DNA of 62,000 nucleotides from Hyalangium minutum (GTDB lineage Bacteria; Myxococcota; Myxococcia; Myxococcales; Myxococcaceae): NCBI RefSeq assembly GCF_000737315.1, contig NZ_JMCB01000008.1, positions 206,001 to 268,000 of the forward strand, read 5' to 3'. Shown piece by piece: positions 1 to 8,918 of this stretch (position 1 is its first letter; each line of letters starts with the position of its first letter). The notes under the pieces were generated by a model. It saw only the letters and a program-made list of their open reading frames with translations, ran no database searches and was not told where the DNA came from. The position numbers and the translations under genes were made by a program.

Positions 1-423
<423 letters not shown>

Positions 424-548
424 GGGCAGCGGGACGGTCCGTTGCCAACAGATCGCCCGACACCGGTTGCATCCGGAAATTTGGGCGCCCTATCATTCTC
501 CGAACCACGGGGAGCAAGGCTCCCCCTACCAGGAGAACGAGCCGCCCC

Positions 549-938
549 ATGAACTGTCCCGCATGCAACGTCGAGATGGCCGATCTCGAAGGGGACGACA
601 TGACGTTGCGCAAGTGTGGAGAATGCGGCGGTCTCTGGATCGACGTGGCGGACCTCAACCGGGTCCTTCTCCACAGCAACCTCCCCGGGCTGGAGAGTCA
701 GGGCGGCAAGGTGGATGCGGAGGCGCTCACCGGTCAGTGCCCCGAGTGTCAGGTGGATCTGGTCCGCGTCACCGGGGGTGATCGCCAGCACCCTCTCAGC
801 TACGACACCTGCGAGTCCTGCGGCGGCATCTTCCTGGAGTCCGAGTTCCAGGACGCCACGGACGTGAAGGTCGCCGTGAAGGAGATCGTCGACTTCTTCA
901 AGGCGTTCAGCGCGAAGAAGAAGTCGGCCGCCGTCTAG
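549..938 (+). CDS. Double zinc-ribbon (zf-TFIIB-like) protein, 129 aa
   Basis: ATG at 549 after AGGAG. Two repeats of CPxC...CxxCGG[LI][WF] (CPAC/CGECGGLW and CPEC/CESCGGIF). Confidence 0.85.
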   Translation: MNCPACNVEMADLEGDDMTLRKCGECGGLWIDVADLNRVLLHSNLPGLESQGGKVDAEALTGQCPECQVDLVRVTGGDRQHPLSYDTCESCGGIFLESEFQDATDVKVAVKEIVDFFKAFSAKKKSAAV

Positions 939-946
939 GCCAGCAA

Positions 947-962
947 GGCCCCCGAAGGGGCC
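947..962. terminator. GC hairpin between convergent genes
   Basis: GGCCCC-CGAA-GGGGCC between stops at 938 (+) and 975 (-). No U-tract. Confidence 0.45.
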
Positions 963-974
963 CTCGTGCGCCGC

Positions 975-1829
975 TCAGCCACGGCTCCGGAAGGGCTGCT
1001 TCCACTCGTCCGGGAGCTCGCCGTCCAGGGTGAGCGTGTACTCGCCCGGCTGGCCCTCTGCCTCCTCGCGGGTGAAGCGGACGGACACCTTGCCCTTCTT
1101 CGGAATCTCCAGCGTCACCTTCGAGCTTGAGACCGAGTAGGTGCCCGTCAGCACGGTGGGCTCCTCGCCTCCCAGCGGCTCCAGGGTGAAGCGGTACGTC
1201 CCGTCCACATAGAAGGACAGGAAGCGATCCGGCGCACCCTGCAGGCCGCCGAACCACGTGCCCACCACCGGCGCCTGGCGCGCGTCGTACTTGAGCACCG
1301 GGGCCAGCTTCGTCCCGTTGAGCGCCTTGCCCTGGTAATAGAAGACGACGTCCGTGAGGCAGACGGGGATCTGCGACTCGGAGCCGGGGAACACGTCCTT
1401 CACCTCCAGCGTGAACCAGCCGCCGGTGACGGGCGGGTTGAGCGGCACCGTCTGCTGGCCCCGCTTGTCCTCCAGGGTGAAGTTGCGCGCGCTGTCCTTG
1501 CCCTCCAGGGAGATCTTCTTGGCCCGGGCGTAGCCCTTGAAGGACTCCCGATCCGTGCCGTTGCCCGTGTACACGCGCACCTCGTCCACGGTCGTCACGC
1601 CCTTGAAGCCGATGGTCAGCCGCGCGGGGGCTCCCTCTCCCTCGGGGGCGCACCACACGGTGGTGTCCCGCCCGTCGAGCACGTTCAACGGAGTGTATTT
1701 CCCGGGGTTGGAGTCCTTCTCCAGGTAGTCCCCCGACTGGGCATAGCCCACGGAGGGAGGGGGCGCGGCAAGCGCGCTCGGAGCGGTGGCGAGCATCAAC
1801 AAGGGCGGCAAGACGAGGTGGCTTCGCAT
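975..1829 (-). CDS. Secreted protein with discoidin/F5-8-type-C-like (NADase-type glycan-binding) N-terminal domain
   Basis: Start MRSHLVLPPLLMLATAPSALA (signal peptide). Motif LNVLDGRDTTVWC...LTIGF...VDEVRVYTGN. This is the real 3' part of the long 975..3932 track ORF. Confidence 0.75.
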   Translation of the reverse strand: MRSHLVLPPLLMLATAPSALAAPPPSVGYAQSGDYLEKDSNPGKYTPLNVLDGRDTTVWCAPEGEGAPARLTIGFKGVTTVDEVRVYTGNGTDRESFKGYARAKKISLEGKDSARNFTLEDKRGQQTVPLNPPVTGGWFTLEVKDVFPGSESQIPVCLTDVVFYYQGKALNGTKLAPVLKYDARQAPVVGTWFGGLQGAPDRFLSFYVDGTYRFTLEPLGGEEPTVLTGTYSVSSSKVTLEIPKKGKVSVRFTREEAEGQPGEYTLTLDGELPDEWKQPFRSRG

Positions 1830-1967
1830 GATCCCGCATCTTGGATCGCCCTCCGGGTGCCCCTCCAGTCCACGGACCGTCCGGATGAAAACCGGGGCTG
1901 CGGTGTTTGCGATGCTTGACACCCCGTCCCTACGGGGAAGAGTAGGCGGCCGATGCGAGGGAACGCG

Positions 1968-3911
1968 ATGCGACGTCTGGGCTGGATTCTGGTGTGTGCG
2001 GCGCTGGCTGGCTGCCCCAAGGGCAAGGACGAGGTGCCCGATGCGGGACCGGCGGATGCCGGCCCGGACGTTTTGAGCGAGAAAGAGCCCAACGAGCGGC
2101 CGGATCAAGCGCTGACGCTGACGCGAGACGCGGTGGTGAACGCGGCGCTCTCGGCGGATCCGGCCAAGGGCGACGAGGACTGGTACCGGCTGGCGCCCGC
2201 CTCCCCTCGCACGGCGGAGATCACCGTGTCCGGCATCCCCGGCGGGGACGTGACGATCGAGGTGTATGACCGGGACCGCAACCGGCTGGGCGGTGTGAAC
2301 AGCGAGGGCGAGGGCAAGCCGGAGCGCTACCCGAACCTCTACGTCGAGGGCGAGCGCTACGTGCGCGTGGCCCCCGCTCGCAAGGGCAGCGGCGGGGCGT
2401 ACACCCTGACACTCAGCTACCGGCGGCCCAATGACGGCGAGGAGCGCGAGCCCAATGACCGGGCCGTGGACTCGACGCCGCTGGCGCTCGGGCAGACGGT
2501 GGCGGCCTACATCGGCCACGCGGGAGATGAGGACTGGTACCGCATCGAGCTGCCGGCCCAGGAGGCAGCCACCCCGCCCGCCCCCACTGAGGGGACGCCG
2601 CCGGCTCCCACCCCTCCTCCCGCTCCCGCTCCCACCGAGGGGGCCACGCCCCCGGCCCCCCAAGGGACACCGGCCGCTCCTCTGGCCGAAGGGGAGACGC
2701 CTCCGGCTGCCGCTCCTACCGAGGGCTCCACGCCTCCTCCCGCCGAGGGAGCTGCCACGCCCCCGCCGTCGGGCACGGGCACGGAGATCCCCACCGGAAC
2801 GGCGACAGCGACACCTCCGCCTGCGGCGCCCCCTCCCCCGCCGCCCGCGGAGCCTCCAGGCGTAGCACTGAAGATCGAGCTGTCCTCCATCGAAGGAGTC
2901 CGTCCGGAGCTGGCGGTGCTGTCCGCCGCGGAGGCTCCGCTCTTCTCGCTGCGTGCCAGCAAGGAGGGCGAGGCGCTCACGCTGCGCAACATCGGCGTGC
3001 GGGCCACGGATCAGGTCGTCTACGTGGTGGTGAAGAGCGGCTGGGTGGGCTCGGGCAAGGAGGCCAAGCGGACCTACAACGCCACGACGCCGTACACCCT
3101 CTCCGTGTCGCTCGAGGAGGCGGGCTCCAACGCCGAGCTGGAGCCCAATGACGAGCTCTTCAAGGCGACGCCACTGCAGGGCTCGGGCTTCAAGGAGGGC
3201 TTCCTCTCGCCGAAGAACGACGTGGACTACTACGTGCTGCACACCACCGAGCCCATGCTGGCGAAGGTGGAGGTGTCCGGCGTGGAGCGGCTGGACTTGG
3301 TGCTGTCGGCGGTGGATGCGCCCACGGGCGACGGGCAGCAGGAGACGGTGACGCTGAAAGCCAACGACGGCACGCTGAAGGAGCCCGAGCGCCTCAACAA
3401 CGTCTCGTGCAACGGCACCTGCTACTTCAAGGTGGAGGGAGCCTCGCGCAAGGTCGACGGCAAGTGGGTGCGGGACTACGAGAACCCGGACCAGCCGTAC
3501 CGCATCACCATCACCGCGGTGCCGGACAACGGCAGCGAGGAGCGCGAGCCCAACAACACCGTGGACCGGGCCATGGAGATCACCACCGGCAAGTCGGTGC
3601 GCGGCACGGTGTACCCGCCGAAGGACGTGGACTACTACCGGTTGGACCTCACGGACCGGCCGGTGCGCACGCCCATCCAGGCCACGCTGCTGGGGATCCT
3701 CAAGGTGGACGTGGGCCTGTACCTCCACCGGGTGGGCGAGGACGGCAAGCTGACGCTCGTGCAGACGTCGGATCGCGCCAAGGGAGACCAGCCCGAGCGC
3801 ATCCGCTACAGCCTGGAGCCCGGCGTCTACATCTTCGAGGTCCGCGACGCGAAGAACCGCGAGTCCAACTTCCAGGACCCGTACCAACTCACCGTCTCCG
3901 AGGGAGAGTAA
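1968..3911 (+). CDS. Lipoprotein with several pre-peptidase C-terminal (PPC)-like domains and a Pro/Ala/Thr-rich linker
   Basis: Lipobox LAGC. Repeated E(R/L)EPND/N...D.D[WY]Y...Y.[LI] modules. Low-complexity (P/A)TEG/AEG linker at about 2560-2860. Confidence 0.85.
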   Translation: MRRLGWILVCAALAGCPKGKDEVPDAGPADAGPDVLSEKEPNERPDQALTLTRDAVVNAALSADPAKGDEDWYRLAPASPRTAEITVSGIPGGDVTIEVYDRDRNRLGGVNSEGEGKPERYPNLYVEGERYVRVAPARKGSGGAYTLTLSYRRPNDGEEREPNDRAVDSTPLALGQTVAAYIGHAGDEDWYRIELPAQEAATPPAPTEGTPPAPTPPPAPAPTEGATPPAPQGTPAAPLAEGETPPAAAPTEGSTPPPAEGAATPPPSGTGTEIPTGTATATPPPAAPPPPPPAEPPGVALKIELSSIEGVRPELAVLSAAEAPLFSLRASKEGEALTLRNIGVRATDQVVYVVVKSGWVGSGKEAKRTYNATTPYTLSVSLEEAGSNAELEPNDELFKATPLQGSGFKEGFLSPKNDVDYYVLHTTEPMLAKVEVSGVERLDLVLSAVDAPTGDGQQETVTLKANDGTLKEPERLNNVSCNGTCYFKVEGASRKVDGKWVRDYENPDQPYRITITAVPDNGSEEREPNNTVDRAMEITTGKSVRGTVYPPKDVDYYRLDLTDRPVRTPIQATLLGILKVDVGLYLHRVGEDGKLTLVQTSDRAKGDQPERIRYSLEPGVYIFEVRDAKNRESNFQDPYQLTVSEGE

Positions 3912-3938
3912 CCGAGCGGACGGAGCCGTCACTTCTCA

Positions 3939-3967
3939 TTGACAAGCCCCAGCCGGGCTCCTACCTT
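3939..3967 (+). promoter_or_regulatory. Sigma70-type promoter of tRNA-Gly
   Basis: TTGACA (3939-3944), 17 nt, TACCTT (3962-3967), just upstream of the tRNA. Confidence 0.7.
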
Positions 3968-3985
3968 GCGAACGCTTCTCGGTAC

Positions 3986-4058
3986 GCGGTGGTAGCTCAG
4001 TTGGTAGAGCACGAGCTTCCCAAGCTCGGGGTCGCGGGTTCGAATCCCGTCCGCCGCT
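3986..4058 (+). tRNA. tRNA-Gly(CCC), CCA not encoded
   Basis: Acceptor stem GCGGTGG/CCGCCGC, D-arm GCTCAGTTGGTAGAGC, anticodon arm CGAGC-TTCCCAA-GCTCG, T-loop GGTTCGAATCC. Followed by TCAC rather than CCA. Confidence 0.97.
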
Positions 4059-4066
4059 CACTCGTA

Positions 4067-4107
4067 AAGGCCGGTAGTTCCTGAGGAAACTCGGAGCTGC
4101 CGGCCTT
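4067..4107 (+). terminator. Long hairpin directly after the tRNA
   Basis: AAGGCCGGTAGTTCC pairs with GGAGCTGCCGGCCTT (15 bp, 2 G-U), capped by GAG-GAAA-CTC and followed by CGTGTTT. Confidence 0.75.
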
Positions 4108-4120
4108 CGTGTTTCCAGGG

Positions 4121-5212
4121 CTACTTGCGCAGCGCGGAGGCGAGGACGAAGCGGCCGCACAGCTCGAGGGCGAGGTCGGACTCCGGCTGGCCATAGAAGC
4201 TGCCGGTGAAGACGGCCACCAGGTTCAGCGAGGGGAAGACGAAGAGGTACTGGCCTCCGTTGCCCCGAGCGAACCAGGCTTCTACGGGCGTGTCACCGAT
4301 GCCGAACGTGTTGACCCACCACAGGTGGCCATACTTCGAGTCCCCGAGCGGATGGCGCCCTACCGTCGACTCCCGCACCCAGTCCTCGGGAAGAACCTGC
4401 AGGCCTTGCCACCGGCCTCCGTCCAACATCACCTGTCCCAGCCGAGCGAAGTCCCGAGGGCGCAGGTGGAGGTGTCCGCCCGTGTCGGTGCGCCCGCCAT
4501 CCGCCGCCTGCCACGCGAAGTCGGTCACCCCCAGCGGCTCGAAGAGGTGGCGGCGCGAGAACTCGGGGAACGTCGTGCCCGCGGCGTCCTCCACCAGCGC
4601 GCCCAGCACCACCACGCCGCCGGTGCAGTACGCACTCGACTGGCCTGGCTCCTCCACCATCGGCAAGTCGAGGATGAACTTCACCCAGTCCCGCGAGTCG
4701 TACATCCGCTCTTCCTTGCCGGGAGAGTCCTCCTGCCAGTCGTTGCACGCCAGCCCGGTGCGCATCTCCAGCAGGTGGCGCGGCGTCAGCCGCTCCTTGC
4801 GCGCATCCGCGTTCTGGAAGGGCGCGTACCGGCTCAGCAGGGGCAGGATGGGCGCATCCAAGCCCGGCAGCAGCTTCTGCTCCAGGGCGATGCCCGTCAG
4901 CATCGAGGTGACGCTCTTGGTGGCCGAGCGCAGATCATGCGGCGTGTCGCGGCGGAAGCCGTTCCAGTAGCGCTCGTACACGAGCTTGCCGTTGCGCACG
5001 ATGAGCAGCGAGTCCGGCGCGCGGTAGTCTCCGGCCTCGAGCTTCCGCTCCAACTCCGCGAGCCTCGCGGGGTTCATCCCCTCGGCTTCCAGCGAGGAGA
5101 CGGGCCACCCGTCCCCGGTCGAATCCACCGGACTGCCAGGACCCTCCATCCCCAGGCCTCCGCAGGCCACCAATCCACATGCGAGCACCATCCCGACAAG
5201 CCAGTTTGCCAT
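4121..5212 (-). CDS. Serine hydrolase, beta-lactamase/AmpC-like family, predicted lipoprotein
   Basis: SxxK motif (RSATKS), YCT as the Y-x-N equivalent, ARGNGGQ; LVAC lipobox. Confidence 0.9.
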   Translation of the reverse strand: MANWLVGMVLACGLVACGGLGMEGPGSPVDSTGDGWPVSSLEAEGMNPARLAELERKLEAGDYRAPDSLLIVRNGKLVYERYWNGFRRDTPHDLRSATKSVTSMLTGIALEQKLLPGLDAPILPLLSRYAPFQNADARKERLTPRHLLEMRTGLACNDWQEDSPGKEERMYDSRDWVKFILDLPMVEEPGQSSAYCTGGVVVLGALVEDAAGTTFPEFSRRHLFEPLGVTDFAWQAADGGRTDTGGHLHLRPRDFARLGQVMLDGGRWQGLQVLPEDWVRESTVGRHPLGDSKYGHLWWVNTFGIGDTPVEAWFARGNGGQYLFVFPSLNLVAVFTGSFYGQPESDLALELCGRFVLASALRK

Positions 5213-5301
5213 GGGCTCTCCAGACTCGGTTCAGGCCCGCGCTTCCACTGGGGCCGAAAGGTACCGCCAGAAGAAGGAGAACAGGAAGCCCACCGTGCGG
5301 C

Positions 5302-5330
5302 TTGACTGAACGAAATTTCAGGCTCACCTT
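5302..5330 (+). promoter_or_regulatory. Promoter with overlapping LexA-box-like operator
   Basis: TTGACT, 17 nt, CACCTT. CTGAACGAAATTTCAG (5306-5321) matches the Myxococcus LexA consensus CTRHAMRYBYGTTCAGS (recalled) at 15/17 on the minus strand. Confidence 0.65.
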
Positions 5331-5336
5331 GGGGAG

Positions 5337-6365
5337 GTGAAGCCGCGTCCCGTCTCCAATCCGCCCAACCCCTGGGCGAGCACCGAAGTGGAGTACCTCG
5401 ACGAGATCCCCCCCTCTCGGCTGGAGGTGCTGGAGGATCACAGCCGCGAGGTGCTGGCGCGCAACAACAGCCCGGACGTGTGCTTCACCTGGAGCATCAA
5501 CCCGTACCGGGGCTGCATGCACGCCTGCGCGTACTGCTATGCGCGCCCCACCCACGAATACCTGAGCCTGGGTGCGGGCACGGACTTCGAGACGCGCATC
5601 GTCGTGAAGCCCCACGCCCCGGAACTGCTCCGCGAGGCCTTCGAGCGCCCCAAGTGGCAGGGCGAGCCCATCGTCTTCAGCGGGGTGACGGACTGCTACC
5701 AGCCACTGGAGGCGTCGCTGCGGCTCACGCGCCGGTGCCTGGAGGTGTGCGCTGAGTACCGCAACCCCGTGGGCATCATCACCAAGGGCGTGCTCATCGA
5801 GAGAGATATCGACGTGCTCCAGACGCTGGCCCGCGAGTCCCAGTTATGGGTGAGCGTGAGCGTGCCGTTCCACAACCCGGAGCTGGCGCGGGCGATGGAG
5901 CCGTACGTGGCCACGCCGAAGCGGCGGATGCAAACCATCGAGAAGCTGGCGGCGGCGGGGATCAACGTGGCGGTGTCAGTGGCGCCCATCATCCCGGGCC
6001 TCAATGACGAGGACATCGCCAAGGTGCTCGGAGCGGCGCGGGAGGCGGGAGCCCAGAGGGCCCACTACACCCTGCTGCGGCTGCCCGGCCCGGTGAAAGA
6101 AGTGTTCGAGGAGCGCCTGCGCGAAAAGCTGCCCCTGCGCGCCGAGCGCGTGCTGCACCGCATCCGGGAGACGCGAGGCGGAGAGCTGTCCGATCCGCGC
6201 TTCAAGCACCGCATGCGCGGCGAGGGGATCTACGCGCAGACCATCGAGCGGCTGTTCGACGCGGCAGCGCGCAAGGTGGGGATGAGGATGTCCATGATGA
6301 CGGAAGCCGCGCCCTCCCCTTTCCGGCGGCCGACGCGGCCCTCTGCCCAGCTCAGCCTGTTCTGA
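5337..6365 (+). CDS. PA0069/Rv2578c-family radical SAM protein (SplB-like)
   Basis: SINPYRGCMHACAYCYARP (CxxxCxxC), TDCYQPLE; C-terminal QLSLF. Confidence 0.93.
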   Translation: MKPRPVSNPPNPWASTEVEYLDEIPPSRLEVLEDHSREVLARNNSPDVCFTWSINPYRGCMHACAYCYARPTHEYLSLGAGTDFETRIVVKPHAPELLREAFERPKWQGEPIVFSGVTDCYQPLEASLRLTRRCLEVCAEYRNPVGIITKGVLIERDIDVLQTLARESQLWVSVSVPFHNPELARAMEPYVATPKRRMQTIEKLAAAGINVAVSVAPIIPGLNDEDIAKVLGAAREAGAQRAHYTLLRLPGPVKEVFEERLREKLPLRAERVLHRIRETRGGELSDPRFKHRMRGEGIYAQTIERLFDAAARKVGMRMSMMTEAAPSPFRRPTRPSAQLSLF

Positions 6366-6368
6366 GAG
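6307..6368 (+). repeat. 62-bp direct repeat, copy 1 (3' end of radical SAM gene)
   Basis: 59/62 identical to 8775-8836; the last 35 nt are identical. Confidence 0.95.
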
Positions 6369-6444
6369 ACAGCCGGGAGGTGGGCCTTGAGTGCTTCCAC
6401 GGCCGGCGTGGACAGGTCCTCCGTTTGACCGGCCTGCCTCTCCG

Positions 6445-7167
6445 TCACCCGGCGTCTGCGATGCGATCGAGCAGTTCGCTCAACAGCAAACTCTCGCCCT
6501 TCGTGAGAACCGTGATCTGGTCGATGGAGGCACGCAGCGCTGCAGCCTTTGCGCGGACATCCGCGTTCTCCGGTGTCACCGCCTCGCTCGTGATCGCGGC
6601 CACGACCGCCTCGCGTGCAGCATCGGCGAGTCCAAGGTCGCGCTGCCCTTCGGGCTGGCGCAGGAGCGTGAGCACGGCCCCGGTCCCCATCGCCGACACA
6701 AGGCCGAGAGCCCGCTCTTCACTGACCCGCAGCCGGCCCGCGAGCGCGATGTTCCGGATGCGCCGCCGCAGAACATCCTTCCCGTCGCTGACGGCAGGAG
6801 ACTGCCAAGCCGGATGCGGATCGCTGCTCATGATCGCGAACAGCCCTGGATGGCTCAGGCCAAACGCGACGTGCGTGTCCCAGCCATCGCGAAAGTCCTG
6901 AAGCGGGTCGGGATGCGGCGTACGCGCGGACTTCTCCGACACGTAGCTATTCAGCACGTGCTCGATAACGACTGTAAGGAGGCCTCGTTTGTCGCCGAAG
7001 AGCCGGTAGATGGTCGGCGCCTGCACACCGGCGGCGGCGGCCACGGCCCGCGTGGTCGCGGCATCGGGACCTCCGGAGGAGATGAGCTCAGCGGCGGCCG
7101 CAATGATGCGCGCGCGCACATCGGGGCCCTCGGCGTCTTGAGCGGCGGACTTCTCGCGGTCCTCCAT
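6445..7167 (-). CDS. TetR/AcrR family regulator
   Basis: [29 protein letters not shown]; divergent from the NmrA-like gene. Confidence 0.93.
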   Translation of the reverse strand: MEDREKSAAQDAEGPDVRARIIAAAAELISSGGPDAATTRAVAAAAGVQAPTIYRLFGDKRGLLTVVIEHVLNSYVSEKSARTPHPDPLQDFRDGWDTHVAFGLSHPGLFAIMSSDPHPAWQSPAVSDGKDVLRRRIRNIALAGRLRVSEERALGLVSAMGTGAVLTLLRQPEGQRDLGLADAAREAVVAAITSEAVTPENADVRAKAAALRASIDQITVLTKGESLLLSELLDRIADAG

Positions 7168-7239
7168 GGATCTGACGGTAGCACGCGGCCACCGAAACGG
7201 TGCTACCAGCAAATTGATAGCGGCGTTAACAGGGCCGCA

Positions 7240-7252
7240 TTATCATTGATAA
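7240..7252. promoter_or_regulatory. Candidate TetR operator
   Basis: Perfect palindrome TTATCA-T-TGATAA in the divergent intergenic region. A second inverted pair is GGTAGCAC (7177-7184) / GTGCTACC (7200-7207). Confidence 0.6.
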
Positions 7253-7289
7253 CGCAGCGGCGTTTCCACCGTTAGCCAAGGGGCGTTCA

Positions 7290-8162
7290 ATGATCGTCGT
7301 GACCGGAGCAACAGGGCAGCTCGGCCGTCTCATCGTGGAGAAACTCGTCACCCGCGTCCCGGTGGAGCGGGTCGCCATCAGTGTCCGAGACGTTCAGAAG
7401 GCCCAGGAGTTGGCGGCACGCGGCGTCCGAGTGCGCAGAGGCGACTTCACGGATCCGAAGAGTCTCGCGCACGCCTTCGAGGGCGCGTCCCAGGTCCTGA
7501 TCGTCTCGTCGAATGCGGCTGCGCATGGCGGCGATCCCCTCGCCCAACATCGCTCCGCCATCGACGCCGCACGGTCTGCGGGCGCGCGGCGCATTGTCTA
7601 CACGAGCCACATGGCCGCGAGCCGTTCGTCGGCATTTCCTCCGATGATTGACCATGCGGCGACGGAGCAGATGCTGGGCGAGTCCGGTCTGGCGTGGACC
7701 GCGCTTCGCAACGGTTTCTACGCTGCGAGTGCGATGTTCCTGCTGGGGCGGGGCCTTCAGACGGGAGTCTTCGAGGCGCCCGCGGACGGAAAGGTCTCCT
7801 GGACCACGCACGCAGACCTTGCGGAGGCGGCCGCGGTGATTCTGGCGAACGAGGGGCAGAACAACGGGCCGACGCCGCCGCTCACGGCAGCGCAGGCGCT
7901 CGACTTCGGAGAGCTGTGCGACATCGCGTCGAGTGTCCTCGGACGGCCGCTCCGTCGAAGCACCGTGTCAGAGGACGAGATGCGCGCGAAGCTCACGGCG
8001 TTCGGAATGCCCGCGCACGCGGTCGCCATCTCGCTCGGCCTTTACCGCGCGAGCCGCAATGGCGAGTTCGCGGCCGTCGATCCCACGCTGCAGAAGTTGC
8101 TCGGGCGTGCGCCAACAAGCATGCGCGAGGTGATTGCCGAGAAGATGGGCCGAGCGGCTTAA
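7290..8162 (+). CDS. NmrA-like / QorB(YtfG)-type NAD(P)H-binding oxidoreductase
   Basis: MIVVTGATGQLG Rossmann motif, RIVYTS, LRNGFY. Confidence 0.92.
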   Translation: MIVVTGATGQLGRLIVEKLVTRVPVERVAISVRDVQKAQELAARGVRVRRGDFTDPKSLAHAFEGASQVLIVSSNAAAHGGDPLAQHRSAIDAARSAGARRIVYTSHMAASRSSAFPPMIDHAATEQMLGESGLAWTALRNGFYAASAMFLLGRGLQTGVFEAPADGKVSWTTHADLAEAAAVILANEGQNNGPTPPLTAAQALDFGELCDIASSVLGRPLRRSTVSEDEMRAKLTAFGMPAHAVAISLGLYRASRNGEFAAVDPTLQKLLGRAPTSMREVIAEKMGRAA

Positions 8163-8191
8163 GACGGAGAGAGGCTGCTCGGCTTGCTTGG

Positions 8192-8698
8192 TCATGGGTC
8201 CAGGGGTGACCCACCTCGCTCAACTCCACAAGGTCTCCCAGCACGTCCTGGGCCGGACGGATACGCCCGAGCCACCTGCTCCAGCGCCCGCAGCCGCTCA
8301 CGCAGCGATCGCGGCTGATGAGCCGCCCACGCGTACAGCGTCACGCCGTCGATCGCATCCATCACCACATACGGAAAGGACTCCCCGTTCGGCGACGTCC
8401 ACTCGCCGCGGTCATGCAGCCGGGGCACGTGGGGATGGCGCACGCGCGAGAGCAGCTCTCCCTCGCGCTCGAATCGAGGATCCCTCGGGTAGCGCGCCAC
8501 CTTCAGGGCGAAGGGCCCCGCGCTCTCCTGCCCCACCCGCTCCACGAGGTAGACGAAGCCGTAGACTCCCAGACCCTTGCCCCGCAGCACACGCCAAGGG
8601 CCTACCTGCATGCCAGCAGTGAGTTCCGCGGGCCCTCGTGCCTGTCCCCGTTCCACACCGCACCTCAGGGTGAACACCGGGTGGACCTCTCTGTCCAC
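8192..8698 (-). pseudogene. Truncated Ser/Thr protein kinase (N-lobe only)
   Basis: GLGVYGFVY, FALKVA, PRFERE, HPHVPRL, YVVMD..DG are present. Similarity stops at EQVARA, before HRD/DFG. Confidence 0.85.
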
Positions 8699-8774
8699 CC
8701 GGGTGTCACCCTACCTCATGGGTCGCTCCGGCGCACAGCCACACAGCCCCCAAAAGCTGCCCCTGTGCCAGAGA

Positions 8775-8836
8775 CCGCGCCCTCCTCTTTCCGGAGGCCG
8801 GCGCGGCCCTCTGCCCAGCTCAGCCTGTTCTGAGAG
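8775..8836 (+). repeat. 62-bp direct repeat, copy 2 (displaced radical SAM 3' end)
   Basis: Encodes APSSFRRPARPSAQLSLF* versus APSPFRRPTRPSAQLSLF* in copy 1. Confidence 0.95.
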
Positions 8837-8854
8837 TGCACGCCCTTCGATGAT

Positions 8855-8883
8855 GGACTTAGTATACCCCGTATACTAAGTCC
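8855..8883. promoter_or_regulatory. Perfect 13-bp inverted repeat, candidate operator for the amidohydrolase gene
   Basis: GGACTTAGTATAC-CCC-GTATACTAAGTCC; the right arm contains a -10-like TATACT. Confidence 0.7.
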
Positions 8884-8918
8884 TGCTCCATGCTGGCTTG
8901 CCTCCAGAGGAGAACCGC

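Noticed and set aside
1968-3911. ABC-transporter substrate-binding protein or active protease call for the PPC lipoprotein
   Set aside because: Only PPC-like repeats and a linker are visible. There is no SBP fold motif, no catalytic domain and no ABC genes nearby.
975-3932. 985-aa minus-strand ORF, and other long antisense ORFs (47463..50921, 37831..40113, 33291..35567, 54873..57086, 26629..28500, 18200..19864)
   Set aside because: Shadow frames opposite well-supported genes in high-GC DNA, with no motifs. Only 975..1829 of the first is a real gene.
8192-8698. Peptide CGVERG appears at both ends of the kinase-stub ORF with only synonymous DNA differences
   Set aside because: Six residues rich in G/R/V, both outside the kinase-homologous part. 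Chance is plausible given hundreds of spurious frames.
8756-8770. Sigma54-like TGGCAC-N7-GC upstream of the kinase stub
   Set aside because: Correct GG/GC spacing but no TT before GC. Too weak on its own in GC-rich DNA.
8318-8833. 171-aa plus-strand ORF ending in QLSLF
   Set aside because: Only the last about 20 codons are meaningful (the repeat copy). The rest is antisense to the kinase stub.
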